NCBI GenBank assembly: GCA_900617105.1
Contig: UYFQ01000712.1
Span: 1 to 58,293 of the forward strand
Reading direction: 5' to 3'
Source: Hydrurus foetidus
Lineage: Eukaryota
Length of the DNA stretch: 58,293 bases
The notes under the pieces were generated by a model that did no database searches, was not told the DNA's origin, and saw only the letters and a list, made by a program, of their open reading frames with translations. Position 1 is the first letter of the stretch, and each line of letters opens with the position of its first letter. Positions 50,450 to 58,293 of this stretch are shown here, one piece after another. The position numbers were made by a program, and so were the translations under genes.

Positions 50450-50824
50450 CGCTATGCGTCCTATCAGTTTAAATATGTTGGAAATCCGGAGTTCTCGAAC
50501 AGTCAGATGTACGAGAACGTTCCAAGACTCGTAGAACAACCAGGTTTAGGTTCAATACTTGATATTTAAACTAGTGATCGATGTCTCTGTCCATCGATCA
50601 CGAAGTTTACTCAGACAACTTATGTAGTGTCGCATCGAAACTAAACTACACAGATCACACATTCAAAGTGTAGCACTCTATCCGGTAACAGCTGTTCCAG
50701 TGGGGGGCATAACGTGCGACGGGGCATAACGTGCGACGTTTATGTGCATCTGCAACGCCTCCTCCTATCACTAGTTACAAAATATCCAACTGATAGGTCA
50801 GATCATCTTTCTGACAACCTCGGC

Positions 50825-51334
50825 ATGATCGGTGCTGATGTCCCTGATCTTCCCAGTCCTGTTGAAGGATCTGATTTTAGATTAGTGAAACCCACGCCAG
50901 AGCAGAAATGCTGGATGGTAGATATGGTCATTCAGAAATTTGAAACGGCAGCCAGTTGCGCAAAAAAGTATCATATCAACAGGAAGTCGTTGCATAAACT
51001 AGTTCGGAAGAGGCTTCAGGGACTATCGATGCGATTCAAACCTGGCCGTCCACCGGTTATCGATGCGATAAGCTTGGACTCGATTTGGGCCTCTATAAGG
51101 GGAAAATCTTGCTCCACCGTTAGTATTCTGAGACGATCGATAACTGAAGAATTCCAGGCTAGCCATGATAAGAGATATCCAACTAATCAAAGTGAAGAGA
51201 TCCACGCCAAAATTTCTCGGAGAAGCATGAAGAGATATATAACCAGACTGGAACCTGCATTACTCGATGCGGACGTCGATTCTCCAGAGTCAACATCAGA
51301 ACTGATGACTTCTCCATCATCCGAAGTCACTTAA
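50825..51334 (+). CDS. HTH DNA-binding protein paralogous to the element's transposase N-terminus
   Basis: PTPEQKCWMV...CAKKYHINRKSLHKLV...PGRPPVI...ISRRSMKRY aligns with transposase LTTMQKTWLI...LGNRYGIDHKMLSKWV...GGRPVLF...ISRRSVKQY. Confidence 0.75.
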   Translation: MIGADVPDLPSPVEGSDFRLVKPTPEQKCWMVDMVIQKFETAASCAKKYHINRKSLHKLVRKRLQGLSMRFKPGRPPVIDAISLDSIWASIRGKSCSTVSILRRSITEEFQASHDKRYPTNQSEEIHAKISRRSMKRYITRLEPALLDADVDSPESTSELMTSPSSEVT

Positions 51335-51389
51335 ATTAATCGCTACTGGACCGCACTCCCGACTTTCTCATCATTTTAAATTACAAGGA

Positions 51390-53164
51390 TCAAACAATAG
51401 CAGCAGGAGCAACGACAGCAGCAACAACATTATCTTTTCTCACTCTCTTGGCAGCTGGCGGCTTGGCTTTTCTGATTTCTGCAGCGGCTTTTCGCTTGAC
51501 GGCTTTGTCCTTTTTGTCCTCAACGGCATTCAGCTTCTCGACTCTTTTCTGATCTTCCCTGGCTATGAAGGCAAGGTTGGTCAGGAAGAGAAATCTTCTG
51601 CGGTTAAGAACGAGGTCATCTCGGGACCGGCCATCTTCGACAACACCAATTTCGAGGGGCATGTAGTCTTTCTCAGATATCTCTCCCTTGCTTTTGAGGA
51701 TATTGCACAGCCTCGGTAAGTGCTCCCACACTCTTGTGACTTCATCTGTAGTGAATGGTGTCTTGCACTGCCTTAGAACTTGCTCGACATTGCAACCCCT
51801 GTCAAACGGTCATACTGTCCGACTATTTCGAATGATTGAATTATGATATCCCTCCGCATCGTTGTTGAAATAATGTACTGCACTGTCTGAACACCCTCGC
51901 ATATACCTTTGATGTGATGTGGTGGGAGCGTTTTTCCGACATTCGCCTCATGCAGCTTGATGATAGCCTTGATGCGATTTGTCATGACCAAATCCAAAAT
52001 TTCGCCGACTGTTTTCAGATTTTTCTTTTTGGTCTTCGATGCTAGGAATGCAGTGCCAGCGTCACAGGGTTGAGTGATGGATGCTGTGGAGGCGGGAAGC
52101 TTCCCAATTACGATATTTAACTCACGACATTTTCCCCGTATTTTCCATGACTGCATTGGCTTAATTTGCGTGTCTTCACCGTCTAGTGTAAAATAAGATG
52201 GAACTGTATCGGCAATATCGTATCTTTGTCTTAGATCAGCCACAAACGATACATAAATGCAATTGAACCACCACCGATAAAAATTTTCGTTTACTGCCCT
52301 TGTCTTCGCGAATACGATGTACCCTGAACTGTTGACCTCTGTTCCGATTCCTAACCCAGGTACCTCGTGAACACCTATTTCCCCCTCCTTCATGTTGATG
52401 TCGGCAACAATATAGATTGGTGGAGCCGTTGTTCCTGTAGCATTCATGCACAGGTAGAACTTAACGAAAAAAGCTGTCAGCGATGATCCTTTGACAGGCA
52501 AAACCTTCAGTGGTGTTCCCCTCCTGATCTGCTCTTCAGGATCGTAGACAATCTTCACTTTGTCTGTCAATCCTCCACCAGTCTGATATGATGTACCGTC
52601 TGCGTTGATCGTGATGTTAGGGTTGGTGAGAGGCATCATTAGGTAATGAGCTGCAGCCACAGATATCGCATTGATTTTGTCGCCTGTAGCTTTTGCCCGA
52701 GCGTCAGTAGTCTGCTCTGCATTGCCATCTTTGACCTCCATTTTTTCCATGTACTGTTTGACTGAGCGCCGAGAAATCGGATTTATGGAGCAATTTGCTC
52801 TATTTGTGGATGCGTTGACTTGCTTAACATGCTTCGTCTGCAAGTTTTTGACGAAATCTTCCTTCTTCACGTTGTAGACCTCTTTTGTCAAATCCTTCTT
52901 CAAGGTAATCAATTCAACAGGTGAGAACAGTACAGGTCTCCCACCGCTCACTGTTACTGATGTGTTCTTAGAGTATTTATTGACCCATTTCGACAGCATT
53001 TTATGATCTATTCCGTATCTGTTCCCGAGATGTGCACACGATTGACCATGAAACTTGATTTCATGAATGAGCCATGTCTTTTGCATTGTTGTCAGCTCAC
53101 TTGCAACCAACTTCAAATTTGACTTGCCCCATGGGTTGGCAAGGCGGGTTGCCATGTTGCCCAC
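51390..53164 (-). pseudogene. pogo-like DD39D transposase (one frameshift in a G run near 51797, possibly a sequencing error)
   Basis: N-terminal HTH plus GRP; INADGT, FTLDG, TQPCD catalytic motifs. The shifted frame continues into 51390-51731. Confidence 0.85.
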
Positions 53165-53772
53165 GAGAAATTATTGTGAGAACACCAGAAACACGAATTC
53201 TATTCCGATATGTGTTCACGAATGCTTCATCTATATGGTTTAGCAAACGTCGCACGTTAATATGCCCCGTCGCACGTTATGCCCCCCACTGGTGTTACCG
53301 GAAACGCACGTGCGTAAGTACACCTCTCAACTAACGCTAGCCCTATACACACAATTGGGGGATAAACCTAATGGTGTTCCACCTCTATATAACAAATGTC
53401 ATTTTATATGACGCTAGATTTGCAGGGATTTGACCGTGTTCTCGCAGTCCGAGAATGGTTTTAGGGGGTCTAATTTTGGGAGGTCTTTGGTTTTAGGGGG
53501 TCTAATTTTGGGGGGTCTTGACGATTCGGGGGTTTAATGTTGATGCGATTATCCGGTGGGTTTTATTTATGGAGCTGGACGTTTGGATGATCCGGGGGGT
53601 CTTATGGAGTTTGGGTGAAACACATGACGCAACCCTCTGTACTGTTATCTACTCTTGTAATGAGACGAACTGAAGCTAGCTGAACTTCAGTGCTGACGTA
53701 TTTATGATGGGCTAGTCATTAACTTCAGATCGAACCATTACAGGTTCATAGTATTGACTTGCTTCTTATTTT

Positions 53773-54690
53773 ATGGAGCGTTGTGATATTTTGAGGGATG
53801 CCCGAGTTGTTCCGCAGAGAGGTGACAACAGCTGCCTTTTTCATTCGCTAAGTTTTTGTTTAAGTTATGATGGGATAGTGCCAAGTATTCACGATGATAT
53901 GTCCGGTTTTCGTTTGCGGGAGGAGATTTGCAGTTACATCCGCGATAACGAAGATGTGGTTATCAGTATTGCTCCAGAGGAGCAGCGGACATTATCTGAG
54001 GCTGTTGGAATGGAGGGTTTTACGTGTTCTAGTTACTGCGCCAAAATGTTGAATCTTATGGAGTGGGGATCTGTCATTGAGATTGCTGCGGCTGCGGAAA
54101 TGTTTCTTATTGGCATTCGAATCTATGTGCCTGTTACGCGGAAGCGGTATTTTACGTTGTTGGGCTCATACAGGTGTATTGGGTTTGATTCGAATTCTAG
54201 TGAGATCTATTTATTGTACACTGGTTTCAACCATTACGACGCTTTAGTTGATTGGTCACCTAGGGGCATCAATGTGGGTCTGTGCAGCGCCGACAACTCT
54301 TCATCGTATCTTGGTCGCCAATTACATGAGTATAATACATCTGCATCATTTGCGGAACGGAGGCGGCTTTCACGTAAGCGTGTGTCCCGTGCTAATTTGG
54401 AATGTCGTGGCGACATTGCATTGTCGTCTAAATCTACTGAGTACATGTCTCGGCGGTTGCCTATCTATTCCGGACTGACTGATGAAGCTAAGAGGACAAA
54501 CAGAAAGCTTCGAATTGAAAGGCGCGTTGCCACAAGGAGAAGTGTTTCAATTTCTGTTGGCCGGTCATCCTGTTCAATTGATGCATCACTTTATGCGAAA
54601 AATTATGATATATTGACAAGGTTCATTGTCTGCGGGATATGTGGCATGTGTGACCTTGGAAGGCAAAGAGAAGGGAGGTCTAAAGGCTAA
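53773..54690 (+). CDS. OTU-family cysteine protease domain ORF, 3'-truncated by an LTR (copy 1)
   Basis: GDNSCLFHSLS, WGSVIEIAAAAEMF and LYTGFNHYDAL motifs. Confidence 0.85.
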   Translation: MERCDILRDARVVPQRGDNSCLFHSLSFCLSYDGIVPSIHDDMSGFRLREEICSYIRDNEDVVISIAPEEQRTLSEAVGMEGFTCSSYCAKMLNLMEWGSVIEIAAAAEMFLIGIRIYVPVTRKRYFTLLGSYRCIGFDSNSSEIYLLYTGFNHYDALVDWSPRGINVGLCSADNSSSYLGRQLHEYNTSASFAERRRLSRKRVSRANLECRGDIALSSKSTEYMSRRLPIYSGLTDEAKRTNRKLRIERRVATRRSVSISVGRSSCSIDASLYAKNYDILTRFIVCGICGMCDLGRQREGRSKG

Positions 54691-54855
54691 AAGGAGCTTG
54701 TTAGTTAGGGATGCAAACAGAAGGTACGCTAGTAACTTCTGCAAAGCAGCACAAACTAGCTAGTGACTGATAGTCGTGGCTGTGAACACGAAGGTACTAA
54801 GGTGGAAACAGCATCTAATCGGCTGAATGGGGTAGCAGACCCTGAGGGAGCCACA
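54649..54855 (-). repeat. Gypsy-2 3' LTR, copy 1
   Basis: Matches 57430-57634; PPT adjacent. Confidence 0.75.
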
Positions 54856-55186
54856 CTACCCCTACTTATCTCTCGTTTTCTCATTTCTCTCTCCCTCTCC
54901 CTCTCTCTCTTTTGGTGAGTCTCTAGCTACAGTGTGTAACAAAACAAATATGACTCAATCGTGAGAAAGAAAAATGCTGAAAAAGGTAATGAAAAAGAAT
55001 ACAAAAAAAATAAAAATAAAAATAAATACCTATGATACATACAGATATTTGTACATGTGAGAGATGTGGGAAGTGAGAAACGAGAGTGCCTAGCTGAACT
55101 TCAGTGCTGACGTATTTATGATGGGCTAGTCATTAACTTCAGATCGAACCATTACAGGTTCATAGTATTGACTTGCTTCTTATTTT

Positions 55187-56104
55187 ATGGAGCGTTGTGA
55201 TATTTTGAGGGATGCCCGAGTTGTTCCGCAGAGAGGTGACAACAGCTGCCTTTTTCATTCGCTAAGTTTTTGTTTAAGTTATGATGGGATAGTGCCAAGT
55301 ATTCACGATGATATGTCCGGTTTTCGTTTGCGGGAGGAGATTTGCAGTTACATCCGCGATAACGAAGATGTGGTTATCAGTATTGCTCCAGAGGAGCAGC
55401 GGACATTATCTGAGGCTGTTGGAATGGAGGGTTTTACGTGTTCTAGTTACTGCGCCAAAATGTTGAATCTTATGGAGTGGGGATCTGTCATTGAGATTGC
55501 TGCGGCTGCGGAAATGTTTCTTATTGGCATTCGAATCTATGTGCCTGTTACGCGGAAGCGGTATTTTACGTTGTTGGGCTCATACAGGTGTATTGGGTTT
55601 GATTCGAATTCTAGTGAGATCTATTTATTGTACACTGGTTTCAACCATTACGACGCTTTAGTTGATTGGTCACCTAGGGGCATCAATGTGGGTCTGTGCA
55701 GCGCCGACAACTCTTCATCGTATCTTGGTCGCCAATTACATGAGTATAATACATCTGCATCATTTGCGGAACGGAGGCGGCTTTCACGTAAGCGTGTGTC
55801 CCGTGCTAATTTGGAATGTCGTGGCGACATTGCATTGTCGTCTAAATCTACTGAGTACATGTCTCGGCGGTTGCCTATCTATTCCGGACTGACTGATGAA
55901 GCTAAGAGGACAAACAGAAAGCTTCGAATTGAAAGGCGCGTTGCCACAAGGAGAAGTGTTTCAATTTCTGTTGGCCGGTCATCCTGTTCAATTGATGCAT
56001 CGCTTTATGCCAAAAATTATGATATATTGACAAGGTTCATTGTCTGCGGGATATGTGGCATGTGTGACCTTGGAAGGCAAAGAGAAGGGAGGTCTAAAGG
56101 CTAA
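55187..56104 (+). CDS. OTU domain ORF (copy 2)
   Basis: Protein identical to copy 1. Confidence 0.85.
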   Translation: MERCDILRDARVVPQRGDNSCLFHSLSFCLSYDGIVPSIHDDMSGFRLREEICSYIRDNEDVVISIAPEEQRTLSEAVGMEGFTCSSYCAKMLNLMEWGSVIEIAAAAEMFLIGIRIYVPVTRKRYFTLLGSYRCIGFDSNSSEIYLLYTGFNHYDALVDWSPRGINVGLCSADNSSSYLGRQLHEYNTSASFAERRRLSRKRVSRANLECRGDIALSSKSTEYMSRRLPIYSGLTDEAKRTNRKLRIERRVATRRSVSISVGRSSCSIDASLYAKNYDILTRFIVCGICGMCDLGRQREGRSKG

Positions 56105-56269
56105 AAGGAGCTTGTTAGTTAGGGATGCAAACAGAAGGTACGCTAGTAACTTCTGCAAAGCAGCACAAACTAGCTAGTGACTGATAGTCGTGGCTGTGAA
56201 CACGAAGGTACTAAGGTGGAAACAGCATCTAATCGGCTGAATGGGGTAGCAGACCCTGAGGGAGCCACA
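56063..56269 (-). repeat. Gypsy-2 3' LTR, copy 2
   Basis: Matches copy 1. Confidence 0.75.
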
Positions 56270-56537
56270 CTACCCCTACTTATCTCTCGTTTTCTCATTT
56301 CTCTCTCCCTCTCCCTCTCTCTCTTTTGGTGAGTCTCTAGCTACAGTGTGTAACAAAACAAATATGACTCAATCGTGAGAAAGAAAAATGCTGAAAAAGG
56401 TAATGAAAAAGAATACAAAAAAAATAAAAAATAAAAAATAAATACCTATGATACATACAGATATTTGTACATGACAACCTTTCCCCGTCCCAAACCGAAC
56501 CATTACAGGTTCATAGTATTGACTTGCTTCTTATTTT

Positions 56538-57380
56538 ATGGAGCGTTGTGATATTTTGAGGGATGCCCGAGTTGTTCCGCAGAGAGGTGACAACAGCTGC
56601 CTTTTTCATTCGCTAAGTTTTTGTTTAAGTTATGATGGGATAGTGCCAAGTATTCACGATGATATGTCCGGTTTTCGTTTGCGGGAGGAGATTTGCAGTT
56701 ACATCCGCGATAACGAAGATGTGGTTATCAGTATTGCTCCAGAGGAGCAGCGGACATTATCTGAGGCTGTTGGAATGGAGGGTTTTACGTGTTCTAGTTA
56801 CTGCGCCAAAATGTTGAATCTTATGGAGTGGGGATCTGTCATTGAGATTGCTGCGGCTGCGGAAATGTTTCTTATTGGCATTCGAATCTATGTGCCTGTT
56901 ACGCGGAAGCGGTATTTTACGTTGTTGGGCTCATACAGGTGTATTGGGTTTGATTCGAATTCTAGTGAGATCTATTTATTGTACACTGGTTTCAACCATT
57001 ACGACGCTTTAGTTGATTGGTCACCTAGGGGCATCAATGTGGGTCTGTGCAGCGCCGACAACTCTTCATCGTATCTTGGTCGCCAATTACATGAGTATAA
57101 TACATCTGCATCATTTGCGGAACGGAGGCGGCTTTCACGTAAGCGTGTGTCCCGTGCTAATTTGGAATGTCGTGGCGACATTGCATTGTCGTCTAAATCT
57201 ACTGAGTACATGTCTCGGCGGTTGCCAATCTATTCCGGACTGACTGATGAAGCTAAGAGGACAAACAGAAAGCTTCGAATTGAAAGGCGCGTTGTACAAG
57301 GAGAAGTGTTTCAATTTCTGTTGGCCGGTCATCCTGTTCAATTGATGCATCGCTTTATGCCAAAAATTATGATATATTGA
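56538..57380 (+). CDS. OTU domain ORF (copy 3, frameshifted near 57295)
   Basis: Identical to copy 1 until ...IERRV. Confidence 0.8.
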   Translation: MERCDILRDARVVPQRGDNSCLFHSLSFCLSYDGIVPSIHDDMSGFRLREEICSYIRDNEDVVISIAPEEQRTLSEAVGMEGFTCSSYCAKMLNLMEWGSVIEIAAAAEMFLIGIRIYVPVTRKRYFTLLGSYRCIGFDSNSSEIYLLYTGFNHYDALVDWSPRGINVGLCSADNSSSYLGRQLHEYNTSASFAERRRLSRKRVSRANLECRGDIALSSKSTEYMSRRLPIYSGLTDEAKRTNRKLRIERRVVQGEVFQFLLAGHPVQLMHRFMPKIMIY

Positions 57381-57429
57381 CAAGGTTCATTGTCTGCGGG
57401 ATTTGTGGCCTGGAAGGTTATATGTGGTG

Positions 57430-58293
57430 TGTGACCTTGGAGGTCTAAAGAGAAGGGAGGTCTAGGCTAAAGGAGCTTGTTAGTTAGGGATGCAAACAGA
57501 AGGTACGCTAGTAACTTCTGCAAAGCAGCACAAACTAGCTAGTGACTGATAGTCGTGGCTGTGAACACGAAGGTACTAAGGTGGAAACAGCATCTAATCG
57601 GCTGAATGGGGTGGCAGACCCCGAGGGAGCCACACTACCCCTACTTATCTCTCGTTTTCTCATTCTCTCTCCCTCTCTCCTCTCTTGGTGAGTCTCTAGC
57701 TACAGTGTGTAACAAAACAAATATGACTCAATCGTGAGAAAGAAAAATGCTGAAAAAGGTAATGAAAAAGAATACAAAAAAAATAAAAAATAAAAAATAA
57801 ATACCTATGATACATACAGATATTTGTACATGTGAGAGATGTGGGAAGTGAGAAACGAGAGTGCCTAGATGTGTTGTAACTAAGTGGTCCCCAATACTTG
57901 GCGTCAGATTTTTACTGACTAAACCTCCTGAAAGCAACGTAACGTTGTAAAAAATGAGGAGGAATCTTCAAAAGATAATGTGTAGGTCGTTCCTTTGGAA
58001 CTTACTTTTCTGTCGGAATTATTTTCGACATGCCGTGACGGCGTAAATATGTGTGAAGATGTCTGTAAGACGAAGATTTTCCACGACTCCCACGTATTAT
58101 GCGAGTCATCAAAGTCAGTCCATTTGACTAAAACCGCATTTGCTCTTGCGTCTGAATTGCCTTGGTGCTGAAGAATGGAATTGATAAAGAATTCCATATA
58201 ATCGCGTCGTGCTACATCAGCAGGATCCGTATATTTCGGATTTAAAACAAATTGTTTAAGATTACTAATAAGAAGATGTTTATGTTTCTTCAT
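57430..58293 (-). mobile_element. Gypsy-2 chromovirus-like element, 3' end (chromodomain remnant, 3' UTR, PPT, LTR 57430-57634)
   Basis: ORF 57919-58293 ARRDYMEFFINSILQH...VKWTDFDDSHNTWE resembles the Gypsy-1 chromodomain. PPT GAGAGATAAGTAGGGGTAG precedes TGTGGCTCCC on the minus strand. Confidence 0.88.

Larger units (their letters stand above)
50697..53292. mobile_element. pogo/Tc1-mariner-like DNA transposon with two convergent ORFs
   Basis: 32-bp perfect TIR CCAGTGGGGGGCATAACGTGCGACGGGGCATA, extending to ~45 bp with an internal 17-bp direct repeat. TSD TGTT confirmed by the empty site in the sister LTR (CAGCTGTTACCGG). Confidence 0.92.
45508..53353 (-). mobile_element. Copia-2 LTR retrotransposon (CoDi-like), decayed
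   Basis: LTR pair, gag knuckle CYTCGEFGHYARDC, PR VLLDSQAS, INT, RT (AVHVDD), RNase H (SSTEAEL, YQDN). Confidence 0.93.
50476..53353 (-). repeat. Copia-2 5' LTR, split (50476-50696 and 53297-53353) by a DNA transposon
   Basis: Both halves match 45508-45783. Confidence 0.92.
53676..57866. repeat. Three tandem copies (~1.35-1.41 kb) of OTU ORF + Gypsy LTR + Gypsy 3' UTR
   Basis: 1414-bp offset between copies 1 and 2 with a CTAG microhomology junction at 55090. Copy 3 follows a ~20-bp filler at 56474-56494. Confidence 0.93.

Noticed and set aside
53455..53520. Telomeric repeat (TTTTAGGGGG)
   Set aside because: Only two copies, within a ~33-bp local duplication; not a tandem telomere tract

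Overview
Eukaryotic, almost entirely transposon-derived DNA. A stramenopile-like protist is plausible from the CoDi-type Copia elements and short GT-AG introns (inference). No host gene is clearly identifiable. Left to right: (1) a Copia LTR retrotransposon running off the left edge (-). (2) An outer PIF/Harbinger-type DNA transposon (4048-45368) holding nested elements: an inner Harbinger (4128-33367, TSD TGA), which itself holds a Ngaro/PAT-type tyrosine-recombinase retrotransposon with split direct repeats (4157-11714) and an ~18 kb, 30-unit satellite built from the 3' end of its own ORF2; a chromodomain Gypsy element (36772-43481) splitting the outer transposase; and a 1.3 kb MITE. (3) A second, decayed Copia (45508-53353) whose 5' LTR is split by a pogo-like DD39D transposon. 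That transposon has a 4-bp TSD and a second, convergent gene encoding a DNA-binding-only paralog of its own transposase. (4) Three tandem copies of an OTU-protease ORF fused to the 3' end of another chromo-Gypsy. All alignments and counts were done by eye.
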